A DNA stretch of 64,000 bases from a virus, in the IMG/VR virus record IMGVR_UViG_3300025636_000001, positions 52,878-116,877 of that record, one strand, 5' to 3'. Each line of letters opens with the position of its first letter. Position 1 is the first letter of the stretch. Both the position numbers and the translations under genes were made by a program. Below, in pieces: positions 51,362 through 59,366 of this stretch. Under the pieces are notes generated by a model that worked only from the letters and a program-made list of their open reading frames with translations, had not been told where the DNA came from and searched no databases.

Positions 51362-51713
51362 TCCCTAATATTTTATAATCTAGTAATACAGGACCTTTTA
51401 TCTGTATATTTAAATCTTTATTTACAAATATTTTCTTTTTATTATTTCCATCTTTTATAACAAGATTTTTTTTACTTGCTTTTGTAATTGCATTACGTGC
51501 TGACTGAGCACTTTTAAAAATGCCCATGTCAGTAACGTCATTACAAAATAAAGTAAGCTCTACTTTTTCTTTTTTAGCTAATTCAGATAAACATTCTAGA
51601 TCAGCATTGCTTATTTTTATATTATTAAAAAAACAGTAGGTTACTATTTGATATTTGATTGTCGTATCAATATCAACTTTAGCTTTTTGATCTACTTTAT
51701 TTACTATTGCCAT
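51351..51713 (-). CDS. Winged-HTH-like protein
   Basis: S.QSARNAITK..KKNLVIK. Confidence 0.5.
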   Translation of the reverse strand: MAIVNKVDQKAKVDIDTTIKYQIVTYCFFNNIKISNADLECLSELAKKEKVELTLFCNDVTDMGIFKSAQSARNAITKASKKNLVIKDGNNKKKIFVNKDLNIQIKGPVLLDYKILGIES

Positions 51714-51714
51714 A

Positions 51715-52629
51715 TTATAAATTTAATAACATATCAATCAAGTCAGGATGTGGGTAACAATCAAATTTATCTCTTCTAACATTTGTATGTGTTAAAAGAC
51801 CTTTGACTTTACCATAGTATGCATCCTCTTGAAATTCAAATGCTTTGGTTGGTCCATATTTTTTAATCCATTGTACTAATCCAATACGTATATCAATATT
51901 ATCTCTATCAGCTATATATCTTAACCATAAATCCAACGCTTCTATTTGTGCAGGTGAATAATTGTGCCATTCAATATAACCTTTAAAAGGTTCTTTTAAT
52001 TTACATATTTGATCTTCATGTGCAGTAGTTCCTGCATATGTCTTTCCATTTTTGATATAACCAAAGTTATTAATCTCAATACCTACAGAATGACGGTTCA
52101 TAAAACCAGATCCTGTTTTACCAAGATGCCAACCTTGACCACCTTCTGGGAATGCTTGCACCATTACACCATCATACTCATCATCATTATTTTTGATATT
52201 CTGACCTCCTAGTACAAATTCAGTAGCAACTTTTCCACGGCTATCTCTACCCCAACTATCTATAGTTTTGTAGGGATTATTCCACCCTGCTGTATGATGT
52301 ATAAAAACATAATCATTAGTAACAGGACCTTCTAAGTATTCTCCTTTAGGTAAAAAATATTTATGAATTGTTTGATTGTATGAAGTTGTAAAGTATTGTT
52401 TTGCAACATCAGTATCTTCATCTATGGCTTCAAATTCAGGACCGTTTGTAATTAAAAGCGTCCATGTTTCATTACCTACAATACCATCTGCACTTAAATT
52501 ACGCCCAAGTTGAAATCTAATAACTGCTTTTTTAGTAGCCGGTCCAAAAATACCATCTTTTTTAAGACCAAGTAATTGTTGTAGTTTACTTACGTCTTGA
52601 CCTTTTGAGCCCTCTTTTAACATCTCCAT
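51715..52629 (-). CDS. Endolysin: PG-binding domain plus N-acetylmuramoyl-L-alanine amidase
   Basis: LKEGSKGQDV..LQ..L...DGIFG..T..AV..FQ; IHHTAG, WHLG, SVGIEI, HTNVRRDKFDC. Confidence 0.9.
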   Translation of the reverse strand: MEMLKEGSKGQDVSKLQQLLGLKKDGIFGPATKKAVIRFQLGRNLSADGIVGNETWTLLITNGPEFEAIDEDTDVAKQYFTTSYNQTIHKYFLPKGEYLEGPVTNDYVFIHHTAGWNNPYKTIDSWGRDSRGKVATEFVLGGQNIKNNDDEYDGVMVQAFPEGGQGWHLGKTGSGFMNRHSVGIEINNFGYIKNGKTYAGTTAHEDQICKLKEPFKGYIEWHNYSPAQIEALDLWLRYIADRDNIDIRIGLVQWIKKYGPTKAFEFQEDAYYGKVKGLLTHTNVRRDKFDCYPHPDLIDMLLNL

Positions 52630-52946
52630 TACTTTTGTTTTTTAAGGGTTCTTGTTTTTGTTTCATTGACTGCATTCATAGCAGCTTCAAAATCAGCTCT
52701 AGCTTCTGATGGTTGTTCAGGTTCATCTTCTTGTTCTCCTTCTTCTCCTGCTGCATAAGCCTGAGCTAAAAACATTTGAGATTGTAATCTTTCAGCACGT
52801 GCTTTTTCTACATCTCTTAATAGTTCTTCATATTCTTTTTGAACCTTTAAGTGTTTGATGTTGTCTTTGTAAAAAGCAGTGATTTCTTCTCTACGCTTTT
52901 GTAGTTCTTCTTTGGAAAGTTCTGTTGGTTTTTCTTGTGTTGACAT
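52629..52946 (-). CDS. Hypothetical coiled-coil protein
   Basis: ORF track; likely start MSTQE. Confidence 0.6.
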   Translation of the reverse strand: MSTQEKPTELSKEELQKRREEITAFYKDNIKHLKVQKEYEELLRDVEKARAERLQSQMFLAQAYAAGEEGEQEDEPEQPSEARADFEAAMNAVNETKTRTLKKQK

Positions 52947-53091
52947 ATTTGTTAATTTTTTTATGTTTAACAAATATATATAATTAAAAGTTTAAATGCA
53001 AAAAGTTTAACCGTTTATTTATAAAACCGTTTTAATTTTTATATATTAACCGTTTGTATTACGATTCCACGCATTCAAAAAAAGAATATTA

Positions 53092-53376
53092 TTATTTTAT
53101 CATTTTATGTAGTGTAGCGCATTTTTCATATTCTTCAAATTCAGCAAACCAGTCTATCATAATCTCTATAGTTTCTTTGTTGAATCCTTCATCAATATCA
53201 TGCATGACAACAGTATAACTTTCATTGTTTTCTATGTCTTCAGCAAGTAGCTCTTCAAAACTTAATTTTTCTGTTAGTATTCTAAAAGAGTTATCATATG
53301 CTTTTTCAAGCATTTCGTCAGAAACATCTATATCTTCAATGCCATCTAAGTTATCCCAAAAATCGTCTTCACTCAT
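53092..53376 (-). CDS. Acidic hypothetical protein
   Basis: C-terminal F...EEYEKCA motif; preceded by a late promoter motif. Confidence 0.6.
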   Translation of the reverse strand: MSEDDFWDNLDGIEDIDVSDEMLEKAYDNSFRILTEKLSFEELLAEDIENNESYTVVMHDIDEGFNKETIEIMIDWFAEFEEYEKCATLHKMIK

Positions 53377-53439
53377 AGTAATATTATTAGACCTTTATAA
53401 ATATAATATACAAAATATTTAGCATATTGTTACTTTATA

Positions 53440-53685
53440 CTATATATTGTCAAATACTTCTATTGTTTGTTTTATATATTCCTTTTGTTTATCCTCTAAA
53501 TAATTTATTTCTCTTTGTAAGTAATCTAATGCTTTGCGTAAGTCCTGTAACTCGTCATTCTTCTTACCTGCTCTTGCTACATACTTTAAAATATTACCTC
53601 TGTTAAAGTTAAGAGAGTAATCCTTACACACGTCTATAATATCGTAGTCCTTACCTGTTTCATAATGTAATTGTGTACTTCTCAT
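53440..53685 (-). CDS. DUF3310-like protein
   Basis: HY...F.RGNILKYV.RAGKK...DLRKA..YL. Confidence 0.8.
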   Translation of the reverse strand: MRSTQLHYETGKDYDIIDVCKDYSLNFNRGNILKYVARAGKKNDELQDLRKALDYLQREINYLEDKQKEYIKQTIEVFDNI

Positions 53686-54083
53686 AGTTTTTCTAATCTT
53701 TGTGTTAAAAGTTTAATTTTATCTTCTAAATCTTTCTTTTCTAATTTTTTATTTTCTTCTTCCTTTATTAAATGTTTTGCAACTTCATCATTAACCCAAC
53801 CCATTAACTGTTCATCATTAAAAGATAAAATTTGTTTTGGTATATATGAAAAATCATTAGTAGTATAGTCTTCATATGGTATTTGGTCATCATTAAAAAT
53901 ACAAATTTCATCTTTATCTATTCTAAAACTATAATGTTCTATAAAATAATCAAAACCTTGAATATAATAACAAGACATATTTCCTAATAAATCAGGATAA
54001 ATATCTTTATCATTTAAAATGTGTTCTTGTTCCGATATAAAATTTAATATCTCCCAAATTCTGTACAGGTCTAATGTTTTCAT
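53682..54083 (-). CDS. Hypothetical protein
   Basis: 133-aa ORF overlapping the next start; first minus-strand gene. Confidence 0.55.
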   Translation of the reverse strand: MKTLDLYRIWEILNFISEQEHILNDKDIYPDLLGNMSCYYIQGFDYFIEHYSFRIDKDEICIFNDDQIPYEDYTTNDFSYIPKQILSFNDEQLMGWVNDEVAKHLIKEEENKKLEKKDLEDKIKLLTQRLEKL

Positions 54084-54140
54084 AACCTCTATTCTATTAT
54101 ATTTTTTAGTTCTTTTGTTTCAATTTTATATAAAATAAAA

Positions 54141-54260
54141 GAGAGGCTTCGGGTCTTTCAAGGTTACTGACTAAGCCTGATTTTACCTATACCTACTGTT
54201 AACCTTTTTTCAGTATAGTCACCTTTATCAGTGGTGTGCTCGTTACAGCTTCACTACCTC
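54141..54260 (-). ncRNA. Candidate structured RNA (three hairpins, loop-loop complementarity)
   Basis: GC-richer intergenic island directly downstream of a TATATTTG box at 54274-54281; stems and 7-nt loop complementarity found by eye. Confidence 0.45.
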
Positions 54261-54273
54261 TTTTTTATTTTTT

Positions 54274-54281
54274 CAAATATA
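54274..54281 (-). promoter_or_regulatory. Bacteroidota-type -7 box TAnnTTTG (representative copy)
   Basis: TATATTTG on the minus strand; similar boxes near 26511, 29883, 40367 and 52971. Confidence 0.5.
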
Positions 54282-54454
54282 GTAAATTTTTTATATCCCC
54301 CCAATTTTTAAATGTGATAACATACCCCCCCCGGTCCTGCTAAAGTTTTGTGTTTGGCATTGTTAGGAGGTGCTAGCTAAACCATTCCCCAGTAAAGTTC
54401 TGGGATAGTCTACCCCCCTAGAAGTGGTAGACAACATTTAAACATTTAAGCATT

Positions 54455-54739
54455 ATGTATTTTTACAAATTCACACAGACAAAGAAAGGTATCGTGACTA
54501 GCACTGAACCACTAACAGGAATGAAGACTACAACCAAGATGATTGGTGGAGTAGAAGTAGAAGTGAGAGAGCAGGCTGGTGCACAAGGTGAAGTTAAATT
54601 TGGTTTTACTGCTATAAAGCCGGAATTAGCATCACAAATGAACGTGGCTGTTGGAGATGAGTTGCCATTGGAGATAACTGAGAAAGCAGTTGTTGACGGG
54701 AATGGTGAGGCTATTCCAAACTTGTTCTGGGCACATTAA
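54455..54739 (+). CDS. Early hypothetical protein, copy 1
   Basis: 94 aa, ends PNLFWAH. Confidence 0.75.
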   Translation: MYFYKFTQTKKGIVTSTEPLTGMKTTTKMIGGVEVEVREQAGAQGEVKFGFTAIKPELASQMNVAVGDELPLEITEKAVVDGNGEAIPNLFWAH

Positions 54740-54754
54740 GCCAAGATCAAGAAC

Positions 54755-54778
54755 AGAGAGGTGGGAAACCATCTCTCT
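54755..54778 (+). terminator. Stem-loop after copy 1
   Basis: AGAGAGGTGG-GAAA-CCATCTCTCT; weak T tail. Confidence 0.55.
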
Positions 54779-54789
54779 TGCTCACCATG

Positions 54790-54856
54790 TTGCATTCACT
54801 AGTTAGTGGACTAAACTTTTCCCTAGCTGTGCTTTGCAATTGCATTCACTAGTTAG
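54790..54856 (+). repeat. 17-nt direct repeat TTGCATTCACTAGTTAG x2
   Basis: Exact copies at 54790-54806 and 54840-54856. Confidence 0.85.
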
Positions 54857-54938
54857 CATACTGCAACATGTGGCTATTAAACTTTTCCCCAGCCACATCT
54901 TGCAATTATTATTAATTCATATAAAAAACAAAACAATT

Positions 54939-55229
54939 ATGGCTTACTTTTTTAAATTCACTCAGTCTGGTAAAGGTATAGTAACCAGCTCTGAGCCGTT
55001 GAACCAAACAATGGAAACAAAAAATATTGGTGGTGTTGAAACTCAAGTACGCGTACAAACAGGTGCTGCGTCTGGAGAAATTACATTTGGCTTTACCGCT
55101 GTTAGTCCAGAGGTATCTAGTCAAATGCAAGTAGCAGTGGGAGATGAACTTCCACTAGAGATCACAGGGAAACCAGTGATTGACAACACTACAGGTGAGG
55201 CTGTGCCTAACTTATTCTGGGCACACTAA
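54939..55229 (+). CDS. Early hypothetical protein, copy 2 (start MAYFF)
   Basis: Collinear paralogue of 54455-54739. Confidence 0.75.
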   Translation: MAYFFKFTQSGKGIVTSSEPLNQTMETKNIGGVETQVRVQTGAASGEITFGFTAVSPEVSSQMQVAVGDELPLEITGKPVIDNTTGEAVPNLFWAH

Positions 55230-55235
55230 GATAAT

Positions 55236-55272
55236 TGGTGGGGATGTAACAATCCTCACCATTTTATTCTTT
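55236..55272 (+). terminator. Intrinsic terminator
   Basis: TGGTGGGGAT-loop-ATCCTCACCA followed by a T-rich tail. Confidence 0.7.
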
Positions 55273-55559
55273 TTAATGCATAAACTATTTATTTCTGTGT
55301 GTTAAGTAGAGAAGGTGTGTCATCATACACCATATTCTTTACCTTCACACTCACTATAATTTTTATTATGCCGTATATATATTTATATAGCTATAAAACA
55401 TACACATGCACTCAACTTGCACTCAATCTATAATCATAATTAGTATTGTCTCTCTCTATATGTTTCTTTATAAGAGAAGTATACTATTACCCGCAATATC
55501 AAAACAATTACAAACAATTATTAATAAACTAAAGCTGGAGAGCATTGTACTAAAACATT

Positions 55560-55820
55560 ATGGACATAAAGATTATAAGACTTATTACTACACGTTATGA
55601 TTATGATGTATTACCTGTAGTTAAAAAAAATATTATAGGTGTTGTCAATGTAGATGAAGATATCACTGACTTGGTAGATTTGTATCATGAAAAACATAGA
55701 ATGACGTGGGATAGTCCTGATACACCTGAAGAATATAAAGGTATGTGTGAAGAGGAAATACGGACAGAGATAGTAAAAGTATCTACTGTACAAGAATTAA
55801 TAACTGAATATAACTCCTAA
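55560..55820 (+). CDS. Hypothetical protein
   Basis: ORF track; A-rich start context. Confidence 0.55.
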   Translation: MDIKIIRLITTRYDYDVLPVVKKNIIGVVNVDEDITDLVDLYHEKHRMTWDSPDTPEEYKGMCEEEIRTEIVKVSTVQELITEYNS

Positions 55821-55920
55821 GTATAACTAGAGAGATGAGTCAAGCAATACCACTTACTATTCTGAAATAGTGTAAGCCATAGGATAAGCACTCTAGTTAT
55901 ATATTTTAAAACTAATAACC

Positions 55921-56112
55921 ATGTTTTACTCAGAAGAATCAGAAAAAATATCAGAAGTTAAAATATTAAAATCAGCAGCAGGATATTACATAGGTTACTT
56001 GTACTTTGATACAGATATGAAAGTATGGTTACCTTATGATAGAATATCTGGCTACTATGCAACCAAAGAAGATGCAGCTGAAGACTTACCTTCATTTATA
56101 GAAGAAGCATAA
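55921..56112 (+). CDS. Small conserved-looking phage protein
   Basis: ILKSAAGYYIG...PYDRISGYY.T.E.A. Confidence 0.65.
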   Translation: MFYSEESEKISEVKILKSAAGYYIGYLYFDTDMKVWLPYDRISGYYATKEDAAEDLPSFIEEA

Positions 56113-56136
56113 ACTATTTACTTAAAACTTAAAATC

Positions 56137-56319
56137 ATGAAAAAAATAACTTATTACTTTTTCCTATTAGCATCACTATACTTGTCATTCCAATTATTCA
56201 GGGTTGCTTATATAGAATTTACTAAGGATAATATATTAACAACAATACTATTTGCTGTACTAGCATTAGCAACAACACAAATTCCTTCAATATTAAAACC
56301 ACATAAACCTAATTCGTAA
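56137..56319 (+). CDS. Small membrane protein
   Basis: Two hydrophobic segments. Confidence 0.55.
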   Translation: MKKITYYFFLLASLYLSFQLFRVAYIEFTKDNILTTILFAVLALATTQIPSILKPHKPNS

Positions 56320-56323
56320 TCAA

Positions 56324-57043
56324 ATGAAACACATTAAATCTAAAACCAGTAAGAACTACAGCATGTTTAGTTTACTTCCAATGAATCGTGAAATAAATCC
56401 TAAGCATGTTGAGAAAATGTTAATGTCACTTAATACAGTAGGCTGTATTCGTGATGTAATTGTAGTTACAACCAAAGCCTTTGAAGGTGTAAAGAAGAAC
56501 TACATCATAGATGGTCAACATCTATACACTGCCTTAGTTCGTGAAAACTTACCTATATCATACAGAACTCTTAATATTACAAGCGTTGATGATATTATAA
56601 AAACTATGGCAGGTCTTAATAACTCAAGTAAATCTTGGGGTCTTATTGATTATGTTAATGCTTATAAAGTAGTTAACAATGATTACATGAAGCTCTTAAA
56701 GTATATCAACATGTATAACTTAGAAGCATCAATGATTGCTATGATAGCAACAAGTAATCCTACACCAGGAAGAATCGGCAAACTTATTAAAGAAGGAGAC
56801 TTTGTTATCACTAACTCTAAGACAGAGGCTATGTGTAAAGAATTCTCTGATATCTTTATTAAGATAGGCAAAGCAGACAGATGGGTGAAGTTTAACTTCT
56901 TATCAGTCTTCATGTCAGTTTATGGTAAATATAATCATAAAAAAGCTTTAGTTAGTTTAGATAAACATCTACCTACAATCAAAGCAATGTCTGATCAGCA
57001 TTATGCATCTGAGTTTATAAGAAAGAAAATATTCAATGCATAA
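56324..57043 (+). CDS. ParB/Srx-like N-terminal domain protein
   Basis: NREIN..HV, IIDGQH...A, LNN..K.W. Confidence 0.7.
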   Translation: MKHIKSKTSKNYSMFSLLPMNREINPKHVEKMLMSLNTVGCIRDVIVVTTKAFEGVKKNYIIDGQHLYTALVRENLPISYRTLNITSVDDIIKTMAGLNNSSKSWGLIDYVNAYKVVNNDYMKLLKYINMYNLEASMIAMIATSNPTPGRIGKLIKEGDFVITNSKTEAMCKEFSDIFIKIGKADRWVKFNFLSVFMSVYGKYNHKKALVSLDKHLPTIKAMSDQHYASEFIRKKIFNA

Positions 57044-57059
57044 ACTAATATAAAACAAA

Positions 57060-57269
57060 ATGAAAAACACTAAAGTATTTCTTATATCAACTTTGGTACT
57101 AATAATCACATTTATCCTTATAACCACATTAGCGTGGTGGGTTTCAGAATCTATGACATGGAAAGCATGTATGACACATGGCTTTACCATAGTTACTATG
57201 ATTTTTTTAGGATGGATACCAGCTGTAATAGTTGGCTGTGATTATGAAGACTATTTAAATAACAAATAA
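57060..57269 (+). CDS. Small membrane protein
   Basis: Two hydrophobic segments. Confidence 0.6.
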   Translation: MKNTKVFLISTLVLIITFILITTLAWWVSESMTWKACMTHGFTIVTMIFLGWIPAVIVGCDYEDYLNNK

Positions 57270-57270
57270 C

Positions 57271-57555
57271 ATGCGTATATACATTAATAACCCAGAATCG
57301 TTTGCCTATAATGGAGGCAAAGTCGTAATCAAACTAAACACCGTGAATTATAATTCTTTAATTCGTGATCACTTAGGTGATTATAAAACCGTAAAAGAAA
57401 GTTCATTAACAGGAATTACCTTAGATGAACTCAAAGAAGAACTAATGAGTAATGCTATACTACGTGAAGCAGCAGTAAGTGATAACCTAATAGAAGTTGG
57501 GGACTATCACAATGATGATAACAACTATATGAGTTACATGTCATCATACTCATAG
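57271..57555 (+). CDS. Hypothetical protein
   Basis: ORF track; followed by a hairpin. Confidence 0.55.
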   Translation: MRIYINNPESFAYNGGKVVIKLNTVNYNSLIRDHLGDYKTVKESSLTGITLDELKEELMSNAILREAAVSDNLIEVGDYHNDDNNYMSYMSSYS

Positions 57556-57564
57556 TAAAAAAAT

Positions 57565-57595
57565 AGAGATGGGATTTTATTATTCCATCTCTTTT
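57565..57595 (+). terminator. Intrinsic terminator
   Basis: AGAGATGGGA-loop-TTCCATCTCT-TTT. Confidence 0.6.
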
Positions 57596-57625
57596 AATAT
57601 CTTTACTAGTCTAAATAATAATATT

Positions 57626-57778
57626 ATGGATACTAAAGAATGTACTTACACTTACTTTAAGGATGGATATGAAATGATTACTCCATCTTTAGATCATGCA
57701 ATAGAAAGAACAGATCAAAAAAAAATAAAATGTAAATGCTCTGATGATAAGGAGTATAAAATTATAGAGTTAAAATGA
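57626..57778 (+). CDS. Hypothetical protein (50 aa, start MDTKE)
   Basis: The upstream ATG lies inside the terminator, so the downstream ATG is preferred. Confidence 0.5.
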   Translation: MDTKECTYTYFKDGYEMITPSLDHAIERTDQKKIKCKCSDDKEYKIIELK

Positions 57779-57891
57779 AACAACTAACAACCATATTAAA
57801 TTTTACAGTAGCACTTTTTTTAGCTACTCTATTATTATTTGCTGTTACTGGGATAGTAACTGCAATATATTATTTATTTACAAACTTATAA
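57775..57891 (+). CDS. 38-aa single-TM protein (not in ORF track)
   Basis: MKQLTTILNFTVALFLATLLLFAVTGIVTAIYYLFTNL; ATGA overlap with the upstream stop. Confidence 0.5.
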   Translation: MKQLTTILNFTVALFLATLLLFAVTGIVTAIYYLFTNL

Positions 57892-57903
57892 AAACATTAA
57901 ACC

Positions 57904-58029
57904 ATGAAGAAAATTAAATTTCACATTCAATTTGCAGAATTTGTAGGACTAGGTCTTGCATATCAACCAGGGACATTTGCAATCCTAATACCATTTGCAA
58001 TGATAGAGATATCATGGAAAAGAAGATAA
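57904..58029 (+). CDS. 41-aa hydrophobic protein (not in ORF track)
   Basis: MKKIKFHIQFAEFVGLGLAYQPGTFAILIPFAMIEISWKRR. Confidence 0.5.
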   Translation: MKKIKFHIQFAEFVGLGLAYQPGTFAILIPFAMIEISWKRR

Positions 58030-58598
58030 GACAACAGTTAGATCTAAAAGTAAAAGAAAGAGCTTTAAAAGATTACTTACATGTAAATATCTTGAAATCA
58101 CAACAAGGTAAGTTGTTTAAAGGACATAGAGTAAACATAAGTTATGATGAGGGTGAAGGTAGACAGTATATAACTTTTATGAATAGGTACTATAATTCTG
58201 TAGTACTTAACAAGTATGACTTTACAACAGGTATGTCAAGGATAATTGTATCGGTGACTGCACCTATGACAAAGTATCTTGAAAGATTTTTCAATAACAT
58301 TACTGATAACGGTAAACTGGAGATCAGTTCTGTTGAGATAAATGATATTCATAAGAATTATAACAGAATTGATATGTATGGAGGATTCATGGAGTTGCAG
58401 TATTGTGTATTTATAGATCGTTTTACCGCATTCAATCATGAAAACAATATAGAACTATGCAATGAGGCAAAAAGACGTCTTAAAACGTTTAAATCAATAA
58501 TCCGTGAAAATGGAGATGATCTTGACTTTTGCAAAAGGGTCACATATGTAGACCATTACTTTGCCAAAGTTTATATAAGTGAATCACTATATACATAA
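58014..58598 (+). CDS. Hypothetical protein
   Basis: 194-aa ORF. Confidence 0.6.
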   Translation: MEKKIRQQLDLKVKERALKDYLHVNILKSQQGKLFKGHRVNISYDEGEGRQYITFMNRYYNSVVLNKYDFTTGMSRIIVSVTAPMTKYLERFFNNITDNGKLEISSVEINDIHKNYNRIDMYGGFMELQYCVFIDRFTAFNHENNIELCNEAKRRLKTFKSIIRENGDDLDFCKRVTYVDHYFAKVYISESLYT

Positions 58599-58605
58599 AA
58601 AAAAG

Positions 58606-58683
58606 GAAACTATAGTTACCCCTAACAGTACCAGTATACTAATAGAGTATATTACTATAAGGGAAAAAGAAACTATAGTTACC
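58606..58683. repeat. 15-nt direct repeat GAAACTATAGTTACC x2
   Basis: Exact copies at 58606-58620 and 58669-58683; core AACTATAGTT is palindromic. Confidence 0.85.
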
Positions 58684-58714
58684 TTTTTACATAACCTTTT
58701 AATACAGTAACAGT

Positions 58715-59209
58715 ATGGATGATAAAACCAGATATAAAATATTCAAGAAAGGATTAGAGAATAAATCAAAAAATAAAGATCTTGTACTGTCTATAATGTT
58801 TAAGAACATTACTTCTAATACATCAGATTACTTACTTGATTTACTATATAGTGATGAAGAAGCAACCGTATTTAGGAAAGGAGACTATATTAAAACACCA
58901 ATTGAAGCATATCATGCCAGAACATATTTTAACTATGATACATTGCTTGAAATGGGTTTAATATGTGTAGAGACATATTCTGTTTATGGTTATATAGTTG
59001 ATGACGGTAGTTGGGGTAATGATTTTGACCCTCATTATGGCCAAATGAAAGTAGATTTATTATATCATGATGATGATGGTAATATATTTAAACATCAAAC
59101 TACTCTAAATACTACAAGTTTAACTAGAGTAAATAAAAAAGATATAAAACATTTTAAATTTACTAAAAATGGCACTAATAAACCATCACCTATTAAGAAA
59201 GGAAATTAA
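58715..59209 (+). CDS. Hypothetical protein
   Basis: 164-aa ORF. Confidence 0.6.
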   Translation: MDDKTRYKIFKKGLENKSKNKDLVLSIMFKNITSNTSDYLLDLLYSDEEATVFRKGDYIKTPIEAYHARTYFNYDTLLEMGLICVETYSVYGYIVDDGSWGNDFDPHYGQMKVDLLYHDDDGNIFKHQTTLNTTSLTRVNKKDIKHFKFTKNGTNKPSPIKKGN

Positions 59210-59366
59210 GAATTGGGGTACACTAAAAAGAATGTACTCAAGACAAGTACATAGCTTTGGAAGTTATATGAATAAAAAATATCATTTTAATAATGATAAA
59301 CTAGTTGAAACTATTAGTAGTATATCAGCTATTAAAATAATTCTTGAAAGACATGTCAAATATTAA
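59169..59366 (+). CDS. Hypothetical protein
   Basis: 65-aa ORF overlapping both neighbours. Confidence 0.45.
   Translation: MALINHHLLRKEIKNWGTLKRMYSRQVHSFGSYMNKKYHFNNDKLVETISSISAIKIILERHVKY

Noticed and set aside
16-53868. Plus-strand ORFs of 60-190 aa across the late region
   Set aside because: They are antisense shadows of long minus-strand genes, with S/F/L-rich composition and no motifs.
54141-54260. tRNA or hammerhead ribozyme
   Set aside because: No T-loop or cloverleaf; the CUGAUGA core and GAAA placement do not fit a hammerhead. No tRNA was noticed anywhere in the window.
54790-54905. Mini-CRISPR array
   Set aside because: Only two 17-nt repeats, similar rather than unique intervening DNA, and no cas genes.
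55406-55600. 64-aa plus ORF in the early intergenic region
   Set aside because: Atypical composition and overlap with the next gene; more likely non-coding.
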